From positions 76,638 through 140,637 of the forward strand of contig CAWBNI010000025.1 in assembly GCA_963790105.1 (NCBI GenBank): a DNA stretch of 64,000 bases, read 5' to 3'. The notes below the pieces were generated by a model. The model did no database searches. It was given only the letters and a program-made list of their open reading frames with translations, and was not told the DNA's origin. Shown here piece by piece: positions 40,214-50,614 of this stretch. Source of the stretch: an uncultured Bacteroidales bacterium. Its GTDB lineage: Bacteria; Bacteroidota; Bacteroidia; Bacteroidales; UBA10428. The position numbers were made by a program, and so were the translations under genes. Each line of letters begins with the position of its first letter. Within the stretch, counting starts at the first letter, position 1.

Positions 40214-41614
40214 TTATAGTTTGATTACATTGCAAACAGTCATATTCCTGCTGTTTGAGATCTTTAACAGGTACGTTCCTGCAGGGAAAGAGCTCATATT
40301 AATTGAGAAACTATCCTTCCTGATGATTTGGCTTAACAGGAGCCGGCCGGTGTTGTTGAAAAGCTCTGCTTGCAGATCTCCCTGATCAGGTGAAATTACA
40401 ATGTTCATGAAATCCTTAACCGGATTCGGATATATCAGGATTTCAAATGAGTGTTCACTGTTTCTCAAAGATGTTGCCATACTTTCGGTGCCACCCCATG
40501 CGCCCATTGTGGTGGGCCTGCCGCCCGGGCCGGGTGATCCTGCATCAATGCAGGGTGATGATTCCTGCAAACTGAAATCGTTATGTTCAGGATCAACAAG
40601 TTTCGGATCACCGGAAATATTATGATTTCCGGGCAGGGCTTCACCATCTGAAATGGAGTAGGAAATGGTTAGAGAAGAGCTTGATTGTGTCAGTATTTCT
40701 GTCTGTGTGGTAGCTGAAAATATCGTGTTTTGCACAAATGCAGTGCCTCCTGTCTGGATACTTCCTTCCTCACTATGGTAACATTCAATTCCCCAGGTAT
40801 TATGATAAAGGGTATTGTAATTTGCATAAACTACTGCATGGTTATGAACCTGTATACCAGCATCATTATAGGAAAAGATATTATTTTCAATATAGGCCAG
40901 GGATGTTTCTCCCACTGTTGTACCATAATTGCAGTACGATATCCGGTTGCCCGAAATCAGGGCATACTTACTGCTTGTTCCGATGTCAACACCATCATCG
41001 CTGAAATGGGAAATGATGCTGTTCAGAACAAAACATGAATCCACATCATCCAGATCAATTGCATCGTTCTTGCTTCCCTGGGCAATTGTTCCCCCCATAC
41101 CGGTAAGCCTGATTGAATCAATATATACCCTTCCGGCCGAATGCACCGCAATACAATCCTCCCCGCTGCCTGTTGCCTTGCTTTCAATATCACAATTTGT
41201 AACCGATATATTTCCACCTGAAGCCCAAAGGAGCATCCGGCCTCCTTTAAAACTGCAATATTTTAAATCCACATTGGCCGAGGAAGAATTTATCCTCTGC
41301 CATGCCGAACCTGTGTTGGAGATAAAATAAATGCTGTCCGCCCGGGTTCCCCTTGCATACAATTCACCATTCACAGTCAGGGAGGCTCCGGCAGCGAACC
41401 TGATTACAACGCCGGCTTCAATTTGTAAAACAGTTCCTGCAGCGGTCGTCAGGTTTCCCTGGATAAGATAAGGGGAGTTCGCTTTTGTAAGCAGGGTATC
41501 TGAATTGAAAGAAGAGGGCAGGAGCGTCTGACTTACACCCAGCAATGAAATTTGCATGAATGAGAGAGAAAGCGTAAAACACTTTATGAGTGAGATATAA
41601 TTGTTGAACCTCAT
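40214..41614 (-). CDS. Secreted right-handed parallel beta-helix repeat protein with a T9SS C-terminal sorting domain
   Basis: Intact 466 aa with a signal peptide and beta-helix rungs. C-terminal domain IYPNPVKDFMNIVI..GTYLLKISN. Its ATG overlaps the stop of the upstream CotH gene (ATGA at 41611-41614). Confidence 0.75.
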   Translation of the reverse strand: MRFNNYISLIKCFTLSLSFMQISLLGVSQTLLPSSFNSDTLLTKANSPYLIQGNLTTAAGTVLQIEAGVVIRFAAGASLTVNGELYARGTRADSIYFISNTGSAWQRINSSSANVDLKYCSFKGGRMLLWASGGNISVTNCDIESKATGSGEDCIAVHSAGRVYIDSIRLTGMGGTIAQGSKNDAIDLDDVDSCFVLNSIISHFSDDGVDIGTSSKYALISGNRISYCNYGTTVGETSLAYIENNIFSYNDAGIQVHNHAVVYANYNTLYHNTWGIECYHSEEGSIQTGGTAFVQNTIFSATTQTEILTQSSSSLTISYSISDGEALPGNHNISGDPKLVDPEHNDFSLQESSPCIDAGSPGPGGRPTTMGAWGGTESMATSLRNSEHSFEILIYPNPVKDFMNIVISPDQGDLQAELFNNTGRLLLSQIIRKDSFSINMSSFPAGTYLLKISNSRNMTVCNVIKL

Positions 41615-43783
41615 TTCCTGATGATTTTTAAATAATAGGATTGATTCGTTGTTGAAACATGCAAAATATACAATCCGGATTGGACCTTCATACCATTGGC
41701 ATCAGTTCCCTCCCAGGGTATGTTTTCCTCAATCCCTGCCGTTTTTCCTGAAAAAAGAGTGGTTATAATTCGTCCGTCTTCGCCCAATACAGTAATGTTC
41801 AGAGGGACATTGATTTCAGAACTAATATGGATGGTGATCCTGTCATCGAATGGATTGGGAAAGGCACTGACAATCGTTGCCTGATGTAACTTCAGGTGCG
41901 GCGGTTACAAATGGAAGATATTCATACATTTGATTGCTGATCACGGTTGGACGATTCATGAGAAAATCGCGGATAGCCTGGACGTTATGTTCCCATTTTG
42001 TGTTTTCAGGAGCCCACCGGTTAAGTTCACCCGCCATTTCGGGTTTAATGATCTGATATAATGAATCCAAAACCGCAATTGAATTATCAGGTCTGAAAAC
42101 AGTCTGGAGCAGGGTACGCAGCCGGGCGGAATAGATTTTTTTGAATTCCTCATTTTTCATGAGGTTCCGTGTAATATTGTTGGCCCAGTAGAGACCAGTG
42201 TTATCGGTTTCCAGCGCTTTAAATCCGTCCCACTGGGGGTTATTGAACGACCTGTCGGCATCCCATATTGATAACTGCCATTTTGCCGGAGCCATATTGT
42301 CGCGGAACATGGAAATTCCCCATCCCCATGAATAGTAAACTGTGCATTGAACAAAGGCCATAAGGTTCGCAAATTCATCCATATCAAGCACTTCGGCTAG
42401 TTTTTGATAATTTTCCGGAATGGAAAGATCGCTTTTAGATGGCCATATCATACATTGCCGACCAGTTATTCAGCGTTCCGTATTCAAGGTCGGGCCCTTC
42501 ATTCCTGAGTCGCACCAGGTCAAAGTCAACCAGGTTGGTATGGGCTTTTACAAAATTCTCATCCACGCTTTCACGCAAATTATAAATACCCCAATACTGG
42601 TTGTTCAGATATAGAATAATGAATTCGCTCAATTGTTTCATTCCGCCGGTTTTCTTCCATAACTCAAGAGCCAGTGGATCTCTGAGCAGGGTTCCGAAAT
42701 CCATTGTCATGTCATCATCATAACCTGGCTTAACAACCAGTTTCTGAATGATTGCAAATTCTCAGAACCAAAGACCGGATAGTTGAATACGGAAGTTCCA
42801 TAATCTCCTCTGAAAAAGAAGCGGAATCCTTTTTTAGGCATGAAGGTGGAACTTGCGCCCTGTATTCTCAAGCCGGCATTCACTTCAGCATCGAGATTAC
42901 CGTTTGCAAAATAGTTGATCCGGCAATATCTTTCCCAGGGTTCTTCATAATTTGTATAAATACCCGAGGGTCCGTAAAGATTCAGTGAATCGGTAAGTAT
43001 AGCCATGACGGGTAATGTAAACAAAGGCCGGAACAAATATAAACCGCTGTATGGAGAGCTGTTGATATATCCGCTTTTTGCATCCACTGCATTGATAACC
43101 CGGGTTTGGTTCAGAACCAACGGATTCTTGTAAGGAAAGGATGACCGGGTAGGGATTGTATTGTTTGTTGCATAGAAAATAGAATCACCTGGCCTGGACG
43201 GACTAAGACCCAGTTGAACGGAAGAATTATAAAAAGCTGGTTTAACATTCGGAACAGGCGGATCGAGAACACCTTTAAATGCCGGGGTATTATTTTCTGA
43301 TCCCGGCGTGGGCGATGAAAAGTATTTCCACGTATAGGGAGCGCCGGGCATCCTTCCATAGGATATATTCAGGTATTGTTGCCCGTAATTAACTGAATCA
43401 ATAAGCTGATCGGTTGGAGAATAGAGGGCTATCAATCCGCCTTTGGATGAAATATTAAAGTTAAGGTGTCTTTTACCCTGGCTTGTCTCATCATCAGCCC
43501 ATAAGACAATATAACCGTGAGCCGGTACAACCAGTTCATTTCCCGATGACGAAAACTGAAATCGGGTGGTCCGGGCAAGATCATCGGTAATGTAATATCC
43601 GTTCAGATTTATGTCCAGTCCTGAAACATTTGCAATTTCAATCCAGTCATCATATTCCAGGTAATTGTCTGCAATAGTTGATACGTTTTTTGTCTGAAAT
43701 TCATTGATTTTCAATGATTGCGCCATTCCCTGACCAACAACGTGTAAACAAAAAACAAGGAACAACAAAAAATTCTTACTCAT
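41611..43783 (-). pseudogene. Second secreted CotH-family protein (lamin-tail-like N-domain, T9SS C-terminal domain), at least 3 frameshifts
   Basis: N-terminus LKINEFQTKN..DWIEIANVS..YYITDD. CotH-core pieces 42435-42710 and 41843-42451. The C-terminal domain FPNPFDDRITIHISS..GLYILHV is readable at 41611-41880 in another frame. Confidence 0.75.
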
Positions 43784-43795
43784 CTTTCTTGTATA

Positions 43796-44032
43796 TCAAG
43801 CATTTAACTGATCAGGCAGCGTAAAATAAAATGTTGCCCCTTCATCTTCGATTCCTTCAGCCCGGATACGTCCGTTCAGGCGAAGAATAATGCGCTGCAA
43901 ATTTTCCGGAAGTTTTGTCAGGGCAGCAGGAATAGCGGTCTTATTGAACAGAAAGTTATACTGTTCCCGGGCCATTTTGGTATTGATAATATTCCCTGAA
44001 TGTTTAGACATATATCCGGTTTTCAATTGCAC
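43796..44032 (-). pseudogene. Remnant of a histidine-kinase C-terminus
   Basis: ..RIILRLNGRIRAEGIEDEGATFYFTLP aligns with the end of the 37323-38822 kinase ([27 protein letters not shown]). There is no H-box or N/G1 boxes upstream. Confidence 0.55.
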
Positions 44033-44301
44033 TTAAAACCTGTTGTCAAATACGATTACAAAGTAGCAAAAAAGCGGAATTATCTATTCACCTAAGCAAT
44101 AATGATGCTAAGTGGTGAGAAGCAATTGACAATAAATTGCAGATTTCAATCAAAACGATTTTTAAATTGTTAATACTAATTGATTCAGTGCATTTTGATA
44201 TTCAGGTACCCCGCTGATATAATTTAGTAAAGATAGGTCAATATGAAAGAAAATCCTCAGTATCATAAAACTGCCCTGCCATATTACGAAGGAAGAATAT
44301 C

Positions 44302-45808
44302 ATGAAAACAAAAGAAAAGGAAAGCCCCACAGTTTTCGCAATATTCGGAGGGGGTGGAGATCTTGCATGGAGAAAGCTGGTACCTGCTTTGTTTGATCTG
44401 TTTCAGGACCGCACTATGCCGCGGCAGCTTTCAATTATTGCTATTGACCGTCTGGCATTCAGCGATGAAGATCTGCGGAAACGCCTGCATGAAGGGGTGA
44501 ATACCTTTTCGCGGTACGGTAGGGTAAGTGAGAAGAAATGGAAAGAATTTGCCACCCATATATATTATCAGCAGGGGGATTTTAAAAAACCTGAAACCTA
44601 TGCAGCTTTAAAGAATCAGTGCGATAAACTTGAAAAGTTATGGGGAGCCAAAGCACAGCTGATTTTTTATATGGCTACACCGCCGATAATGTTTGGAGAA
44701 ATACCGAAGCAGTTAAATATGGCCGGATTATCAAAGGACGTTCAGTTCTCCCGGCTTGTTGTGGAAAAGCCTATAGGTTCCAGTCTTGAAACAGCCAGGG
44801 CACTCAACCTGGTTTTTACAGAGAACTTCCACGAATCACAGATATTCCGGATCGACCATTACCTGGGCAAGGAAACCGTACAAAATATCCTGGTATTCAG
44901 GTTTGCCAACCCGCTTTTTGAACCCATCTGGAACAGGCGGTTTGTAGATTATGTGACAATCACTGTGGCTGAGGAAATTGGGATCGAACACAGGGGATCT
45001 TATTATGACAAGGCCGGTGCATTGCGCGATATGGTCCAGAACCATCTGATGCAGTTGCTTTGCCTCGTAGCCATGGAACCCATGATCTCATTTGATGCAG
45101 ATGAAATCCGGAATAAAAAGGTGGATGTGTTGCATGCTGTTCGACCGATCCCCCGTAACAAGGTGGATCAATACGTTGCAAGAGGACAGTATAAAGGCGG
45201 TAAGGTAAAAGATCAGGTACTGGCCGGTTATCGTGAGGAAGAAGGTGTTGATCCGGATTCCGAGACCGAAACTTTTGTGGCACTTAAATTATTTGTTGAT
45301 AACTGGCGATGGCACGATATTCCCTTTTACCTGAGAACCGGCAAACGACTCACCCGGCAATCTTCTGAAATAGTCATCCAGTTTAAAGGAGTTCCCCATC
45401 AGGCTTTTCCGAAAGAAGCCACTTTTGACTGGCAATCAGCCCGGATTGTCATGTCAATTCAGCCGGATGAAACCATCATTCTTCATTTTCAGGCCAAAAA
45501 ACCGGGACCAAAAGTATTGCTGAAGCAGGTGGACATGAATTTCAATTATAAAGAAAGCTTTAAAGGCCCGTTTCCCGATGCCTATGAAACTCTTCTCTGG
45601 GATGTGATGAATAATGATGCCACCCAATTTATGCGGGCAGACCAGATTGAGGCAGGCTGGAAAATTCTGATGCCTGTATTGGAAGCCTGGGCTGATAATA
45701 AAACCAGTGATTTTCCAGAATTATGCCCCGGGCACGTGGGGACCAAAAACCGCTTCAAAACTTCTGGCATCCGGACATAAATGGATACAATCCGATGGTC
45801 ATAAATAA
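44302..45808 (+). pseudogene. zwf: Glucose-6-phosphate 1-dehydrogenase, one frameshift near the 3' end
   Basis: Motifs FGGGGDLAWRKL and RIDHYLGKE. After ~45712 the native tail FPNYAPGTWGPKTASKLLASGHKWIQ is in the +1 frame and ends at TAA 45806-45808. Confidence 0.9.
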
Positions 45809-45892
45809 AGAATGGGTTCAGTGCCACCATAATCCGGCAGGAGGTTTCGGATTAAAAAGTTGAATAGAATGCCTTAACTAAATTGAAACATC

Positions 45893-46362
45893 ATGAACAC
45901 TAAAAAAATTGGCATTTCAGCAGATCATGGCGGATTCGAATTAAAAGAGTTTTTAAAAAAGACCTTGCATGAAATGGGATATGAAGTAATTGATTTTGGA
46001 AATCACCAATTTGTCAGGGGATGATGATTATCCCGATTTCGTAATACCAATGGCACGAGGCTGTTTCCCGGGGAGAAATTGAGCGGGGTATTGCTGTATG
46101 TGGCAGCGGGGTAGGGGCCTGCATTGCTGTAAATAAGATCAGGGGTGCACGTGCATGCCTTATCAGTGATTCATTTTCAGCTCACCAGGGAGTGGAAGAT
46201 GATAACATGAACATCATTTGCCTGGGTGGAAGAATTATGGGACAGTCGCTGGCGCTTGAAATTGCGAAGATCTTTCTATCGGCCAGTTTTAGCGGAGCAG
46301 AAAGACATCTTCGACGGGTTGCCAAAGTGGCTGAACTTGAATCGCATAAAGGCGAGAATTAA
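45893..46362 (+). pseudogene. rpiB: Ribose-5-phosphate isomerase B, two frameshifts
   Basis: MNTKKIGISADHGGFELKEFL.. then DDDYPDF.. then AVSRGEIERGIAVCGSGVGACIAVNKIRGARA..ICLGGR. Extra G near 46017 and near 46055. Confidence 0.85.
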
Positions 46363-46437
46363 ACTTTTTAAATACCAGTTTGTTCTAATTTAATTAATCA
46401 TCATTAAATATTTTACACCTAAATAATCCAATAATTA

Positions 46438-47001
46438 TGAAAAATTTAAGATCTGTTATGATTATCCTGGCAATTGCCCTGTATTTACTGTAAATGCGAT
46501 GGCACAGGATAAAAACAATATGGATATGGCAAACATGAAGGACGCAAAAGTCGTGCATCCTGCTGTTTGTGTGCTTTATCCTACCCAGGGCAACAAGGTT
46601 ACCGGAACTGTAAGGTTTACCCAGGTACCCGGAGGGGTTAAAGTAGTAGCCGATCTGCAGGGATTAACCAAAGGAAAACACGGTATCCATATTCATGAAT
46701 GTGGTGATTGTACTGCTCCGGATGGAACGTCCGCAGGCGGCCATTTCAATCCGAAGTCAATGAATCATGGATCACCCAATGGATGCCATGCGCCATGAAG
46801 GAGATATGGGAAATATCGAGGCTGATGAAGTCGGGAAATGCCCATCTTGATTATGTTGATAAAACGATGTCCTTTGACGGAGATGCTTCCATTATCGGAA
46901 GATCAATAATTGTACATCAGAATGAAGATGATATGAAAACGCAGCCCACAGGAAATGCAGGCCCACGAATAGCATGCGGCGTTATCGGTATTGGTAAATA
47001 A
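46438..47001 (+). pseudogene. sodC: Periplasmic Cu/Zn superoxide dismutase, three frameshifts
   Basis: Signal-peptide piece from 46438. Motifs GIHIHECGDC, HFNP, HEGDMGN and GNAGPRIACGVIG. Frames 1>2>0>1. Confidence 0.85.
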
Positions 47002-47022
47002 CTGAATTGAATTAAGAGTCTC

Positions 47023-47566
47023 ATGCGGATCATACTTGTTTTTGTATCCACATTGGATGGAAAAATTACGAGATGGGGAGATCCTAAAGTAAGTTCCTGG
47101 ACATCAGAGGAAGACAAGAAATATTTCAGGAAAACATGGAATGAAGCGCCGTTGATCGTCATGGGCAGCAATACATTCCGGGCTGAAAAACTGGGATCTG
47201 TAAGGGATCACCTCATTGTGGTCATGACCCGGCATCCGTCCTCTTATAAAGATAAAGAGGTAAGGGGCCGGCTTGAATTTTCAGATGAATCACCCGCTCA
47301 ACTGGCATCCCGTTTTGAAAAGGACAATTTCGAAACCATGCTGGTTGTCGGAGGAGCCCATATAGCCACTTCTTTTCTAAAGGAAGGATTTGATAGATGA
47401 AATATGGCTGACAATCGAACCCAGAATTTTTGGCAAGGGAGGGAGTTTTGTTACTGAACAGGAACTTGACCTTGAATTACGGTTGATAAGTTGCGAACAA
47501 GTCAACCCCGAAGGTACCCTGATCACCAAATACAAGGTGCTGAAAAAATCAGGAAAGCCGGATTAA
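47023..47566 (+). pseudogene. RibD C-terminal-domain / dihydrofolate-reductase-like protein, one frameshift
   Basis: VSTLDGKIT.., PLIVMGSNTF and MLVVGGAHIATSFL. Then DEIWLTIEPRIFGKG in the +1 frame, up to the TAA stop at 47564-47566. Confidence 0.65.
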
Positions 47567-47573
47567 TTTTATT

Positions 47574-47861
47574 TTGAACGCTATGCATAAGATAATTGAA
47601 TTTATTCTGGTCACGGATCCCCAGTCGTTGAAGGAAAAATTGGAACAAATGGTTAACAGGGGTTGGGAAATCAAAGGCTTTGTTACATTCAATTCCGATA
47701 CTTCCTATAACGAATCCTATGCCGTGATGGAAAGCTTTGCGGAAACCGAATCCGCAAAGGTGGAGGAAATTGAAGAGGAATTACCCGAATCTCCTGAAAA
47801 TTCGATCTACCCGAAGTCTCCCAAAAAGAAGGAAGCCTCCATCAGTCTGGGCAATAATTGA
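47574..47861 (+). CDS. Small hypothetical protein with an acidic/lysine-rich tail
   Basis: Intact ORF of 95 aa (or 92 aa from ATG 47583). No motif recognised. Confidence 0.35.
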   Translation: MNAMHKIIEFILVTDPQSLKEKLEQMVNRGWEIKGFVTFNSDTSYNESYAVMESFAETESAKVEEIEEELPESPENSIYPKSPKKKEASISLGNN

Positions 47862-47882
47862 AACCTGCCATCAGCGGTTCAA

Positions 47883-48197
47883 TTATTGGGCCGGTTGTAT
47901 AATGGCATCTATTTTTTTTGCCAGGTCAAAATCCAGTTGAGTTATTCCCTTTGCTGAATGGGTGTTTAGCGATATGGTAACCTGGTCATATACATTTTTC
48001 CAATCAGGGTGGTGATCCATTTTTTCAGCCTCAAGGGCTATTCCTGTCATAAATGAAAAGGCATCGACAAAATTCCTGAATTTAAATTCACGGGTGATGG
48101 CCGTTTCTGTTTGGGTCCAGCTCTTTAAATTCAGGGCCAGGTAGCTGTTCACTTCTTCTTTGGTGAATGGTTTCATATGGTTAGTTTTAGGTTTCAT
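47883..48197 (-). CDS. phhB: Pterin-4-alpha-carbinolamine dehydratase
   Basis: Intact 104 aa. EAEKMDHHPDW..V.ISL.TH core. Confidence 0.85.
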   Translation of the reverse strand: MKPKTNHMKPFTKEEVNSYLALNLKSWTQTETAITREFKFRNFVDAFSFMTGIALEAEKMDHHPDWKNVYDQVTISLNTHSAKGITQLDFDLAKKIDAIIQPAQ

Positions 48198-48207
48198 GTA
48201 TCAGTTT

Positions 48208-48256
48208 CCCGGGGCGTTGCCCCGGGTTAATGATGTGACGCTTTCAGCGTCATCCT
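48208..48256. other. Two adjacent GC-rich hairpins
   Basis: CCCGGGGC-GTT-GCCCCGGG (48208-48226) and GACGCT-TTC-AGCGTC with flanking GAT/ATC (about 48233-48256). Confidence 0.8.
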
Positions 48257-48310
48257 CTTCATCGGTCCTCATCTCTTACTCCTTACTCCCTAGTCCCTAG
48301 TCCCTCTTCC
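48254..48310. repeat. TCC(C/T)TA(G/C) heptamer stutter
   Basis: CTCTTAC TCCTTAC TCCCTAG TCCCTAG TCCCTCT (48273-48307) with degenerate units before. It contains the stop and the last codons (RKRD*) of cydB. Confidence 0.9.
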
Positions 48311-49297
48311 TAAATTTAAACACCTTAAACAAGTACGCAAACGCCGGAAAGATTAAAACGATCCCTACAATCAGTGCATACTAAGCAAATAATACATTGT
48401 TTTTTCAGGTGCCCTTGTATTCCATACAGTCAGATGTCTGTCCGCCTGAAATATAAACCATTACCGGGAACTGCACCGCAAACCAGCCAGTGAGTATGCA
48501 GGCAGTTTGAATACCCGCCAGGATCCGTGTCCACACTGCATTCTTCCTTTTGATCTGGATCCACATAATTGGAATAAGCAGGGTAGCCATGATCATACAA
48601 CCCATACTTACATATGAATGAAGGAACTTCTGCAGAAAATGCAGCTCGTAATAATGCGCTGCAATAAAAACGATCAAACCGCTCAGCGATCAGGAATGAG
48701 AATAAAATAATGGCAGTCCGTGCAAACAGGGGATATGTTTCATCTGTAGCCTCACCAATCAGGTAAACCGAGGCGATCCAGCCAAACAAAAGGGTTAAAA
48801 ACAGACCTGTGGCAATTGAAAATCCATTCAGCCAGGGTGCCATGAATACCTGAATAAAATGTACCTTCCGCACTATCCGGTATCTTTCCCAGCATGACAG
48901 CACCCAGAACAATTCCCAGAAAAAACGGGGTGAGCAGGCTTGAAAAGCGGAACAGAAAGGAATAATATTGATTTCCTGTTTCATGCGGAACATCATAATA
49001 CCTGAATGTAAAGGCTGAGCCACGGATAATTATCCCGATGAGTATGATCAGCAGGGGAATATGGAGGTAGGTGGTGAGCCGTGTATAAACAAGTGGAAAG
49101 CCGTTAAACAGAATGACAACGGCCAGGATAATCCAGATGTGATTTGCCTCCCACACAGGGGCTATAGCCTGGGAGATTGTTTTAATTCCTTTTTTTCCGG
49201 TAATCCATTCCACTATTCCGGCCCCAAAATCGGCACCTCCCAGCAGCACATACAACAGGATGGCAATTCCCAATATGCCAATTATGATCTCAGTCAT
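48297..49297 (-). pseudogene. cydB: Cytochrome bd ubiquinol oxidase subunit II, about 4 frame changes
   Basis: Pieces ending at 49297, 49023 and 48677. Then ..LTVWNTRAPEKTMYYLLS and ALIVGIVLIFPAFAYLFKVFKFRKRD* in other frames. Confidence 0.8.
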
Positions 49298-50614
49298 GGC
49301 TGTATGCTTTTTGAGGTATCCTTTTGCAGGGCTGCTATCTGCCTTTTCATCAGCAGAAAAACAACCATCGTGAGGGTAAGATAAATAAAAGTGACAAGGT
49401 AAAATGAATACCGGATACCGGGCATAGGAGTAACCGATTCACTTGTTCTTAGAATGCCATAAATGATCCACGGTTGACGTCCTGTTTCAGTGACAATCCA
49501 TCCGGCTTCCACTGCAATAAATCCCGCAGGTGTGAGCCAGGCCAGTGTGGTGAGCCACCATCGCTTTTGCAGGGTTTCTTTCCATTTAAATGTAAAGAGC
49601 AGGTTCATTAACGCAGCAAGGGCCATGATCACTTCCCATGAAGACCATGAGCTGAAATGCGATATGCACTATTGGAACAGGCGGCCAGTCGGTTTTTTTG
49701 AATTTGTCCAGGCCGGTAACCTCCGCATTAAAATCCCCATGTGCCAGAAAACTCAATAACCCGGGAATGTGAATGGCATATTTTACCTCTTCTTTTGATG
49801 TGTCGGGAATTCCACCGATTACCATGCGGGCCGGTGCAGAGGTTTTAAAAAGAGATTCCATGGCTGCCAGTTTTGCAGGTTGAAGGCGGGCTACATTTTT
49901 TGCTGAAATATCACCGCTTATGGGCTGCAATAATGCAGCCACGGTGGCAAAGGCCAGGGATATCCTCACGGCTTTTTGATGAACCGGGTTGTCCTTATCC
50001 TTAAGCAGCAACCAGGAGTGAATTCCGGCCACTGCAAAACAGGTTGAGGCAAAGGATGCAATTGTCATGTGCAGGGCCTGTTGAAACCACGCCTTGTTGA
50101 ACATAGCCTTAACCGGATCTATATTGATCGCCTGCCCGTTTACCCAGTCAAATCCGGCCGGAGAATTCATCCAGGCATTGGCTGACACAACAAAGATTCC
50201 CGATATTACACCGGCTATTCCAACAACCAGTCCCGACATGAGGTGCACATACCTGTTCACCCGGTTCCATCCATACAGGAATACCCCGAGTGCTATGGCT
50301 TCGAGAAAGAAAGCAGTTCCTTCCCATGAAAAGGGCATGCCAATAATTGATCCGGCATGCTCCATAAATTTGGGCCACAGCAAGCCCAGTTCAAAAGATA
50401 AAACCGTGCCTGAAACAGCACCTACAGCGAAGAAAATTGCAACCCCCCGGGACCAGGCCTTGGCAAGATCGAGATAATACGATTTTCCTGTCCTTATCCA
50501 TTTATATTCCGCAACAAACATCAGCCATGGCATGGCCATACCAATGCAGGCAAATACAATGTGAAAAATAAATGAAACCGACATCTGATAGCGTGCCGCA
50601 AGTAAATTATCCAT
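49294..50614 (-). pseudogene. cydA: Cytochrome bd ubiquinol oxidase subunit I, one frameshift
   Basis: N-terminus MDNLLAARYQMSVSFIFHIVFACIGMAMPW.. (49586-50614) plus the C-terminal piece 49294-49632. Frames 1>0. Confidence 0.85.

Noticed and set aside
44243-44305. A 20-codon upstream ORF (MKENPQYHKTALPYYEGRIS) whose TGA overlaps the zwf ATG (ATGA)
   Set aside because: It is short, with no conservation evidence available to me, and it could be chance in AT-rich leader DNA. Noted only as a possible coupled uORF.
48330-48410. In-frame TGA/TAG codons in cydB and other genes as evidence of stop-codon reassignment
   Set aside because: In each case the neighbouring frame carries the expected conserved sequence (for example LTVWNTRAPEKTMYYLLS). 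The stops are therefore by-products of frame changes, and normal TAA/TAG/TGA stops terminate the intact genes.
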